Shown here: piece by piece, positions 23,213 through 31,948 of the stretch
Layout of the letters: each line of letters opens with the position of its first letter
How positions within the stretch are numbered: position 1 is the first letter of the stretch
NCBI GenBank assembly: GCA_965197925.1
Contig: CBDAOC010000019.1
Coordinates: forward strand, 384,001-448,000
DNA: 64,000 nucleotides
DNA from: Nitrososphaerales archaeon
GTDB taxonomy: Archaea > Thermoproteota > Nitrososphaeria > Nitrososphaerales > UBA213
Direction: 5' to 3'
Notes under the pieces: generated by a model
The model's input: only the letters and a program-made list of their open reading frames with translations
What the model was told of the DNA's origin: nothing
Database searches by the model: none
Translations under genes and position numbers: made by a program

Positions 23213-24247
23213 ATGATACAATCTATTTTCCCAATAATCTTAAAAAATAAATACATACCTGCATTGACCATCCTTCTACCAATTATATTTCTCAAGGCAA
23301 TAATCATTCTCTCCCATCCGACATGTATCGGGTTTGATTGCAGTACCTACATCAGGATTCTTGAACATCCTGAGGAATGGCAGGAGAAACATGGACTGAT
23401 TGAACCACTGTTTTTCGTCATGGCAAACCCATTGATGTCATTATTCAGTCCAGGTGACGTCATGAAAATAATGCAGTTCGGTGCGCATGCCAACCTTACA
23501 GTCGGCACGTTCATCCTGATGCGCAAACAATTTGGTATGAACGCCGCAATAATTGGAACCTTGCTGGTGAGCTTCATCGCACAGATGAATGTGTATATGA
23601 CGGAATTGGTACGCAACATGATTTCATTGAGCATTTTTCCATATGTCCTTTACTTCATTTACAACAACAAGAATGAAACACCAAGGCAGTATGCCTGCAT
23701 CCTGATACTATCGGTGTTGATGTTGCTGGCGCACAGGTCATCAATTGTACTAGTTGGCGCAATAGGCGTCTATATGATCTGGCAGCACAGGCAGGCAAGA
23801 TTGCATATTCCAGTTATCGTGGTATTGTTGTCAGTTGCAATTGGCTATAGTTTGATGATACAAACCACTAGTGGGACAGCAGGAAGCCCGACACCGGGAC
23901 ACAATTTCATCTTGTTGTTGTTACCGCATTTATGGGTCCTGGTTCCAATATTCAGGACAAGGCTCCACCATCATTGGATGGTGAAAATTCTGCTGCTCTC
24001 AGTAATCCCCTCATTCATGATGCTCCCATTCATAGGATTCAGCATGGCACAGCGATTGATAATAGAAACACATTTACCATTAACCTACATGCTAGCCATC
24101 CTCATATCGATGTTATTTGATGGGAGGATATTATCACCTATTAAATCACGACACTTGCGAATCATTGCGACCATATTCATATTGGCACTGCTTATCATTG
24201 ATGCCCCTGTTTCACTGACATTCCTAATTACCAGGTATGGCCAGTGA
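23213..24247 (+). CDS. Polytopic membrane protein, GT-C glycosyltransferase-like
   Basis: About 10 TM segments; GFD..Y in the first loop, P-L-F motif, RN, H. Confidence 0.6.
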   Translation: MIQSIFPIILKNKYIPALTILLPIIFLKAIIILSHPTCIGFDCSTYIRILEHPEEWQEKHGLIEPLFFVMANPLMSLFSPGDVMKIMQFGAHANLTVGTFILMRKQFGMNAAIIGTLLVSFIAQMNVYMTELVRNMISLSIFPYVLYFIYNNKNETPRQYACILILSVLMLLAHRSSIVLVGAIGVYMIWQHRQARLHIPVIVVLLSVAIGYSLMIQTTSGTAGSPTPGHNFILLLLPHLWVLVPIFRTRLHHHWMVKILLLSVIPSFMMLPFIGFSMAQRLIIETHLPLTYMLAILISMLFDGRILSPIKSRHLRIIATIFILALLIIDAPVSLTFLITRYGQ

Positions 24248-24411
24248 CATGATGATAACAGGATAAAATAAAAAAAGGTAATAAATATGTCTAATTCATA
24301 TAATATAGTAGGTGACAATGATGGTATTTGAACGAGCTAAATGGGCATTGGTACTTATTGGCGAAGCAGGAGAGATAAAGTTCTAATATGCATCATAAGA
24401 GGAGGGGTGTT

Positions 24412-24513
24412 ATGGCTGTGTGTCTAAAATGTGGAATTGTTTATTCCATGTGTGAGAAATGCAATCATCTCACACCGACCGTGAGTGAGTTTAAACCCTT
24501 AATTTATTTCTAG
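24412..24513 (+). CDS. Micro Zn-finger protein (33 aa)
   Basis: MAVCLKCGIVYSMCEKCNHLTPTVSEFKPLIYF with GGAGG upstream. Confidence 0.35.
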   Translation: MAVCLKCGIVYSMCEKCNHLTPTVSEFKPLIYF

Positions 24514-24519
24514 CGTTAT

Positions 24520-25116
24520 ATGCTATTTTTCTCAATGAAAAAATACACAGATGAACAAATAACCAATATGGTAGAAGAAGGTGATAGCAATGCATTTGAA
24601 GGTCATTGTCACCGATTGAAATATCTGGTTTCTATTGAAGGTGAATGGGTTATTAAAGCTCCAGCACTAGCTTTAGAATATTACGAAGCCAAGTTGTGTT
24701 GGTATAACGGTGCCCATGTTGCTACAATTATTATGGCTCAGCTAGCTTTTGAAGAATTAATTCGTTCACACTATCGTCAAGCGGCAATCAACATGAAATT
24801 AAAATCGGGAAAACTTGTTGATGTCGCAGGATTTTCGGAGCTTATTGATGAAGCATTATCAGACGAATATATTACTGAAGACGAAGGAAAGAAATTACAT
24901 GAGATCAGAAAAGTTAGTAATCCCTATGTTCATGTTAAGGATATTAAGATGAAAGGCAATAAACAAGATTTGGATTCACCTAGTTTTTTTACTCAGGATT
25001 TGAAGATTCATGCCCCCGAATTGATTGGAATTGGAATTATAGACGAAGCCAGAGGAGTACTCCTGATAATGATTAATTTGTTTCAAAGTATAGGTAATCG
25101 TACAATGGGTTTGTAA
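24520..25116 (+). CDS. HEPN/DUF4145-like protein
   Basis: EAKLCWYNG..ATIIMA....EE..R and LHEIRKVSNPYVH. Confidence 0.6.
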   Translation: MLFFSMKKYTDEQITNMVEEGDSNAFEGHCHRLKYLVSIEGEWVIKAPALALEYYEAKLCWYNGAHVATIIMAQLAFEELIRSHYRQAAINMKLKSGKLVDVAGFSELIDEALSDEYITEDEGKKLHEIRKVSNPYVHVKDIKMKGNKQDLDSPSFFTQDLKIHAPELIGIGIIDEARGVLLIMINLFQSIGNRTMGL

Positions 25117-25273
25117 TGAAATGGCATGCCTAGATTTATATTGAATATAGTTAATTCACATATTCATTATTATTATACGAGTTAGGTTTTAAGGGGGTAT
25201 AAAGAGGGTGAGTAGTCGGGCGAATGTCGCCTCCCATCGTACCACACTACTCACACTCCGTACCATTCCTCAC

Positions 25274-25921
25274 CTAACTCGCATAATTAGCTACAGATGC
25301 TAGCCTAGGTTTTGGTTTATTGGTTTGTATATATTCTTCTGCAATTCCATGCCTCTTACCAGTTTTTGTAATAAAACCTTCATACTCTAAAATGTCAAGT
25401 ACAGCTTTAATTGGTTGACGATTTTCTACAATACGGTTTGGTAATATTGTATTTAACTCTGCTTTGTAAAACTGTTTTTTTGGAATTTTATTCAATACCG
25501 TTGATATAGTAGAGCCAAAGTCATTTAGACTTCCTAAGTTAATCTTGCGTTGATTATATGTGGAACTTATTACTACTGCTAGATACTCTAGCGTCTCTTC
25601 TTTCTTGTAATACACATAACGACCCAAGGCACCACGAATCATCTTGGCAGCTTTCGCTTCATGGATTTTCATAAATCCTTCTGGCACTTGAATCAGATCT
25701 TCAATTGGTTTTACTTCATCATTTGATTGACCGATTTCAATGGTAAGATAGCCATCAGGTGAAATGTTTACTGATAATCTTCTTGATGATTCATCATTCT
25801 CTGAAATATGTTTTCCATCTAGCTTAAGCAGGTATTTGGTAAAACCACTAATTTCAATTCCATCAAACATACTCTTGCTTTCCAGCCTTCCTTTTTCTCC
25901 AAGTTTGAACTTACCTAGCAT
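25274..25921 (-). CDS. Hypothetical protein downstream of MTase; C-terminal winged-helix-like
   Basis: IKAVLDILEYEGFITKTGKRHG...Y C-terminus. Confidence 0.65.
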   Translation of the reverse strand: MLGKFKLGEKGRLESKSMFDGIEISGFTKYLLKLDGKHISENDESSRRLSVNISPDGYLTIEIGQSNDEVKPIEDLIQVPEGFMKIHEAKAAKMIRGALGRYVYYKKEETLEYLAVVISSTYNQRKINLGSLNDFGSTISTVLNKIPKKQFYKAELNTILPNRIVENRQPIKAVLDILEYEGFITKTGKRHGIAEEYIQTNKPKPRLASVANYAS

Positions 25922-25987
25922 GGAGAATAATAGGCTCTGTTACGCTATATAAATGCTGCGTGCAGCGTGGTGCAGCATACAATAGCG

Positions 25988-26911
25988 TTATATAACATGA
26001 ATATTAGTAGATTCGTCTATCTCCCTTGTTTGCTTCCAAGTATCTACACGTTTATAGTTAGGAATAGGAAGATCGGGAATACTCAGAAGTAGTGATTTAT
26101 TGCGTAAGCCATTTGTTTTATTAAGTCTTTGTTTAGCAAGTTTAACATACTGTAGTTCAATATCGAATCCTATGAATTTTCTTCCAGAATACTTCGCAAC
26201 TTTCGTAGTTTGTCCACTCCCATTAAAGGGGTCGAGAATTAGATTATCGATATATGAATAAAGATGAATCAATCTATATGGTATCTCTTCAGGAAATGGG
26301 CATGGATGACCTATATGTCTGGGTGGTACGGGTGCTATATGCCATACAGAATTGGCTATCTCTTTTTTAACAAAATCATTTAAAGTAAGTTTACCAATCT
26401 CTAACTTTTGGACATGGTTTATTCCTTTCTGCAACACCAAAATATTTTCATGCATTATGTTAGCGCGATAATATGTTGGATAGGGGTGCTGTACTGTTAC
26501 ACCGAATCTTCTTGCACCTCCAGTAACCTTATGCCATATTATTTCTTCATGTAATTTCCAACCAACTTTAATCAGTTTAGTAAGTAAAAGACTTGGAAGT
26601 GGAATAAGTTCGCCATTCTTTATTTCATTTCCAATTACAATACAGCAATATCCTCCTTCTTTAGTTACTCTAAAAACTTGTGAAAATATTTGTGTCATCT
26701 TATTGAGATACTTTTTAATAGAAATTTTTGTCGTACCCCGGAAGTTTTCCTGTTTATTAGACCGTAGATTTTTTAAATGTGAATTGTAATTTATAGCATT
26801 TCCATAAGGAGGCGACGTAATAGTCAAGTTGATCGTTTCTGAATCTAGTTTCCCAAGAAGTTTGAGGCTATCTCCACTTACTATTATGTTTTCATACTGT
26901 GAAGTTGCCAT
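25988..26911 (-). CDS. N4-cytosine/N6-adenine DNA methyltransferase (beta class)
   Basis: TSPPY (motif IV) precedes HPCPFP and LDPFNGSGQT (motif I). Confidence 0.92.
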   Translation of the reverse strand: MATSQYENIIVSGDSLKLLGKLDSETINLTITSPPYGNAINYNSHLKNLRSNKQENFRGTTKISIKKYLNKMTQIFSQVFRVTKEGGYCCIVIGNEIKNGELIPLPSLLLTKLIKVGWKLHEEIIWHKVTGGARRFGVTVQHPYPTYYRANIMHENILVLQKGINHVQKLEIGKLTLNDFVKKEIANSVWHIAPVPPRHIGHPCPFPEEIPYRLIHLYSYIDNLILDPFNGSGQTTKVAKYSGRKFIGFDIELQYVKLAKQRLNKTNGLRNKSLLLSIPDLPIPNYKRVDTWKQTREIDESTNIHVI

Positions 26912-27338
26912 GTCCCTAGAGTATCTTCTCTTATTGTTACATAAAATTGTTACATAAACTTTTTAGATCTAAATTCATATTAGGATCATGTTTTCTCCAC
27001 AATTATGAGAAAATGCTTATCTTTTGGTTTGATCCTCCAGCATATCTCATCTTGCATGCATCCTTATAGGCTGGCAAACCATCATTCTGTGGCAAAGCTG
27101 CATACTGGACTTTAGTGCGATACACCTGATCCATTATTTTTATTTTTTCAAACTTTATTATGACCTCATTCTATAGAATAATAGTAGGTTAACCTGCAAA
27201 AACAGGTAGCCTACAAATACAAGGGTACTGGCCACGGCACAATCAAGATGGGTGGTTTTTAGTGCTCGTTTCTCTCATTAGTAGAGGATATTACAGTACG
27301 TTTAATTAATTGTATGATTATATGATTATATGATTAAG

Positions 27339-27485
27339 ATGGCGAAGACAAGGCCAATTGGGGGTAATGATAAGGGTGAACGTAGTAAATCTAAAACTAA
27401 TATACCGACAGAAACAATTAAGGCAATAATAGAAAGTGCTATACAACAGAACCCTATAGTCTTCAAAAGACTGGCAGAGATTTAA
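27339..27485 (+). CDS. Putative Phd-like antitoxin peptide (48 aa)
   Basis: MAKTRPIGG...IIESAIQQNPIVFKRLAEI; TAATG overlap with doc; C-terminal F.RLA motif. Confidence 0.7.
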   Translation: MAKTRPIGGNDKGERSKSKTNIPTETIKAIIESAIQQNPIVFKRLAEI

Positions 27486-28105
27486 TGGTTGATGTTACAA
27501 AAGACGATTTAATTAAGATACATGAAATTATTCAGGAAACTTTCAATATTACACCGGGAATAAAAGATGATGGGCTGCTAGAATCTATTGCAGAAAGACC
27601 TAGCCAAAATCCATACAATCATACTCCATTCCCAAATATTTATTCTAAATGTGCTAGTATAATGGAAGCCATTATAAAATGGCATCCGTTCATAGACGGG
27701 AATAAGAGAAGTGGATTACATGCTGCTCATCTGTACATGCACGTTAATGGTTATACATTAGTGATACCGGTAAGTGCGGTTAGATTCTCAGTATTGGTTG
27801 CCCAAGACGAAAAAGACTTGGATGAAATTACACAATGGATCCGCAAATTATCGGCTAAAGGGCGGAGGGAACTTGCCTACAAAACGATTCTATATTTTCT
27901 TTTACCGCTTTTCAAACCGCTGATATTATCTATATTCAGCCAAAAAAAATCCAATAAAACAATTGAAGGCTGGCTCGCTTTTGACATTTATCCAGAATAT
28001 AGAAATGAATACAAAAAGACACTTAATTTCATATATGAATTAATGAATATTGGTATAAGGAACGTAACAAAAACAGGAACTAGGCCCTTGGGTCAGACAG
28101 TATAG
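27485..28105 (+). CDS. Doc/Fic family toxin
   Basis: GIKDDGLLES..RP, HPFIDGNKRSG. Confidence 0.9.
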   Translation: MVDVTKDDLIKIHEIIQETFNITPGIKDDGLLESIAERPSQNPYNHTPFPNIYSKCASIMEAIIKWHPFIDGNKRSGLHAAHLYMHVNGYTLVIPVSAVRFSVLVAQDEKDLDEITQWIRKLSAKGRRELAYKTILYFLLPLFKPLILSIFSQKKSNKTIEGWLAFDIYPEYRNEYKKTLNFIYELMNIGIRNVTKTGTRPLGQTV

Positions 28106-28207
28106 GATCGCTATTATTGTGGCGAGCTGCCAACGACTAGAGCCGCTGGCTTCCTCATTCAATGGGCTGGCATGACCTTGCCGTTACCAGTTCACTCAAC
28201 CGCGATC
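28106..28207 (-). ncRNA. Candidate structured ncRNA (multi-branch)
   Basis: 56/102 G+C in AT-rich context; closing GATCGC/GCGATC stem, internal G-U-containing hairpins, TTATATAG box upstream on the minus strand. Confidence 0.4.
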
Positions 28208-28260
28208 AATTTTTTTGGCACTATATAACGACCGTCAGATTTGTCAAAATTTTAAAATGG

Positions 28261-28918
28261 CTAGTTTACGTTTTCGTATATTCTAGATACTATAGTGTAA
28301 TTTACATTGTCAATTATTGGGAACAATATACTAAATGATCTTCCTTCCTCTAGATACCTTAGTATGTTCCTATGTGTATGTTCTAGCCTAGTTAGTCTCT
28401 TGGTTAATTTTTGAATTTCTTCATCCTTCTCCTTCTGTTGTACCTCCTCAAACGCCTCTACAGATAACGGCCAACGAACATTTATCACAGTACTTGTTAT
28501 TCAATTGATTCAAGTGCTTACAACGGAGGCATACCCTTGAGGTTTCTTGTGGTTTCTGTTCTTCTACTTTACCCAACCCATGATGAGCCAGTATCATGGG
28601 TGTCACGTCCTTACCGGATAGGTGAATGCACCTTGAAGCCATAGGCGAATCTGGGGTCCAACCTGCATGATTCTTCAGTATCTGATCGGGTACAGACTTG
28701 GCATATTCCGTAAGTTTGGAATGTCTTAACACATAGGGGTTCCAACACCGTTTATTCATTTTATGGTTTAGCGTTTCTTTGAGTTTCCTAAACAGCATAT
28801 TTAGACTCATGTGGTGCATTGTTGGTTTGTATCTGTATTGACTCTTTTCACTACGAAACAAACCATGATATCTAACAGCGTTTTTATTTTTATTATGGCT
28901 CGTTAGTTTCCAATTCAT
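28261..28918 (-). pseudogene. Tyrosine integrase C-terminal remnant (frameshifted)
   Basis: PYVLRHS, HAGW...S.M..RCIHLSG (catalytic Tyr position is Cys); C-terminal CLRC/CDKC; N-terminus absent. Confidence 0.8.
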
Positions 28919-29089
28919 ACCAAATTCTAATTTAGGTTTGAGTAGCTCATATTAAGTATAGATATGTTGTTATCAAGTTTTTGTCCAATGCCTAAGTTCT
29001 CCCATTACTTCATAAAATAATGAATTTTAGTATGAAAACTATGAGTAATATAAAAGGAATGGATGAATCTTTAAAGAGAAACGAACATT

Positions 29090-29509
29090 GTGACAAATGT
29101 GAACAGGGAAATTAACGAAGGGTATCACTGTGTCGCTTGTTGTATGTATATCACTACTCATATCAATGAAAGCAAACCACAGTGTTTCTTATGCAGGGGA
29201 GCTCTTAACCGAGTAACAGATTCTAATGGTAAGATTATAAAACAACAGAGAGAGTGTCGTAAATGCAATATCAAGATTCATTGCCCAATAAATCAGAAAT
29301 GGCTCAGAAAGTACGAAAAGGCTTTGGCTTCACAAAAGGAAGTTGATAATAAAATAGCCTCGATTCAAGCTATGGCTCTCCAACTTCATGATAAACTCCA
29401 TGAAAATCTTAACGATGGTTCTTATGCCTTTTTCCTAAATTCACCACACTTTCCTCCAGAGCCTGAAACCCTATTATCTACGCCCATATCTCCAGAGGGT
29501 GAGGAATAA
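29090..29509 (+). CDS. Hypothetical Zn-finger protein
   Basis: CVAC, CFLC, CRKC motifs. Confidence 0.5.
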   Translation: MTNVNREINEGYHCVACCMYITTHINESKPQCFLCRGALNRVTDSNGKIIKQQRECRKCNIKIHCPINQKWLRKYEKALASQKEVDNKIASIQAMALQLHDKLHENLNDGSYAFFLNSPHFPPEPETLLSTPISPEGEE

Positions 29510-29669
29510 CCAAATAAGTCAACAAGCAGTAAATATAGGCTCTGTAGAAACCATTCTATAAAGACAGTAATTGCTTACAATATGAACAGAATGACCCCTA
29601 AAAATATCAAAATAAAATGTCTCAAAAAGTAAGTTTATTATTTTTGGGACGGCAGGTTATGTAATATGA

Positions 29670-30283
29670 GTGTTTTTCGGGGTAAATTCGACCAAGGTTA
29701 ACAAGTTGGAACAACAAATTACTCCTAGAGAATTCGAAGAATATGTTGTTGCAGTGTTGAAGGAATTAGGTCATTATGACATTAAACATGTTGGCAAAAC
29801 AGGAGATCATGGAGTAGATATTCTTTCGATCAAGAGCAATCGGATTCACGCAACTCAGGTGAAATTAGTATCCTCTCCAATTGGAGAACCAATCATCAGA
29901 GATCTTGCGGGATCAGTGAAGGCTGTTAGAGCTGATGTCGGTTTGATATTTACGAATTCTACTCTGACCAATGCTGCCGAAACTATGGCTAATCTCTTGG
30001 GAATATCTTGCTATACAGGCGTGAGGCCAAAGAAGAAACTCCCGCTAAAAATTGAAGAAATAGAATCAATTGCAGAAGAATGGGTAACCAAAACCAAAAA
30101 AAGTATAATGAATTCGATATAACATCAGTCGAACCATCAAGCAAATCGTTTGGTATGTATGAAGTTAGATTCAACTGCATGTTCAAAGAAGGTTTTTTTC
30201 CTCGGAAGGAGCATCACGTTCAACTAATCGTTCTGGTAAACACAACTTCCAGATCGGTGGTCGGCTATACGGTAGAACACTAA
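29670..30283 (+). pseudogene. Mrr-family (type IV) restriction endonuclease, apparently frameshifted at an A7 tract
   Basis: FEEYV..L..LG, GDHGVDI, QVK, TNS.LT..A; C-terminal part in the overlapping ORF 30080-30283. Confidence 0.75.
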
Positions 30284-30843
30284 AGGTATAGAACACTAAA
30301 GGTATAGAACACTAAAGGTATAGAACACTAAAGGTATAGAACACTAAAGGTATAGAACACTAAAGGTATAGAACACTAAAGGTATAGAACACTAAAGGTA
30401 TAGAACACTAAAGGTATAGAACACTAAAGGTATAGAACACTAAAGGTATAGAACACTAAAGGTATAGAACACTAAAGGTATAGAACACTAAAGGTATAGA
30501 ACACTAAAGGTATAGAACACTAAAGGTATAGAACACTAAAGGTATAGAACACTAAAGGTATAGAACACTAAAGGTATAGAACACTAAAGGTATAGAACAC
30601 TAAAGGTATAGAACACTAAAGGTATAGAACACTAAAGGTATAGAACACTAAAGGTATAGAACACTAAAGGTATAGAACACTAAAGGTATAGAACACTAAA
30701 GGTATAGAACACTAAAGGTATAGAACACTAAAGGTATAGAACACTAAAGGTATAGAACACTAAAGGTATAGAACACTAAAGGTATAGAACACTAAAGGTA
30801 TAGAACACTAAAGGTATAGAACACTAAAGGTATAGAACACTAA
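30273..30843. repeat. Perfect 16-bp tandem array (TAGAACACTAAAGGTA) x about 35.5, plus about 2 units at 30926-30957
   Basis: Direct reading; no spacers. Confidence 0.97.
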
Positions 30844-31293
30844 GGCATTAGGGGCGGATTGATATAAAAGGACATATTTTTTGAAAAACAGAAGAGTGTA
30901 CAGAAATAGTTTTACCATATAGAATTAAAGGTATAGAACACTAAAGGTATAGAACACGTTTGTACACTTTGGAAAGTTGCGCTTTGGAATTTCAGAATTT
31001 TTTTTTTCAAAGTGTACAAAACAAATTATGGAAAAATCGAATTTCGCTCTCTCATCACTCTAGTATATAAAGCTCGTAGTGATCCTTGTGTCGGCATATG
31101 TAGGTCATTTCGCTTATTTTGGTTGATAATTACACAATATTTCTCATAAATAGCCCTCCCATGGTGGTCTACTGTCACCTTTCTGTCGGAGTTCTTCTAC
31201 TATCCCGACAGTAATTACAAACTTTTCTTCCTTAGATTTTTCCTTGGTTAATTTCGTGTCTGAATTTCCCAGTTTTTCCTCTCTTTTTGGTTC

Positions 31294-31532
31294 TTTTGGC
31301 ATATCGTCCCATCGGCATCTAGTAGTTAGAACATGGATTATTCCGTTAATGATTTTTCTATCATAATCCCTAGGCCTGCCAGTTTTTGCATGTGGTGGTA
31401 TGTGTGATTCCATCATACTCCACTGTTTGTCTGATAATTCTTAGAATTTCATAAAATAATTTTAGATGTCGCTATTCATGGATCTAAATGGTCACTAAAA
31501 ATTGTCTAAATGGTTAGTTTTGAGATGAGTTG
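31294..31532 (-). mobile_element. Truncated IS5 copy 2 (one end plus 5' part of orfA)
   Basis: Near-identical to 10743-10981 including the TIR. Confidence 0.88.
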
Positions 31533-31948
31533 AACGTAATAGAAGATTAGAATTATATATTTAATCCCGTTTGTATATTTTTTGGTATTTAGTTGTAAGA
31601 GCATATCGGTATCATATCAAAGATAAAATTCTTGTATTGGGAGACAAAATTGAACGAATTTAATTTGTCTACACAAAAGTTTCCATCATTTTAGATTCAT
31701 TATCTACATCTCTATTCCAATAGTGGTAGCAGATTCATAACTTCGTAAAGATGTATCATTAATATAAAAATTAATATAAAAATTTTAAAAATGTCAGCGT
31801 TCACAGGCGCCATTTGTCATATTAGTATTTGGGCATACAAATCCACTTGGCTGACCTTTGCTTAGTCTCGTGTAGATAATGGGGCGAACGAATCGGAAGA
31901 TATTGAGAGATTTAATGTGCGAAGGTCTATAAGTATTTCTCCTCCTAA

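Noticed and set aside
25204..28207. Hammerhead or HDV ribozyme, or tRNA, for the structured elements
   Set aside because: No CUGANGA/GAAA core or TTC T-loop was recognised; left as unclassified candidates.
30273..30843. CRISPR array
   Set aside because: Units are contiguous with no unique spacers, are only 16 bp long, and no cas genes are in the window.
19302..31532. tRNA-Glu or tRNA-Gly as the att site of the islands
   Set aside because: No duplicated tRNA 3' fragment was found by eye at the island ends, and a core-looking gene separates tRNA-Glu from the island.
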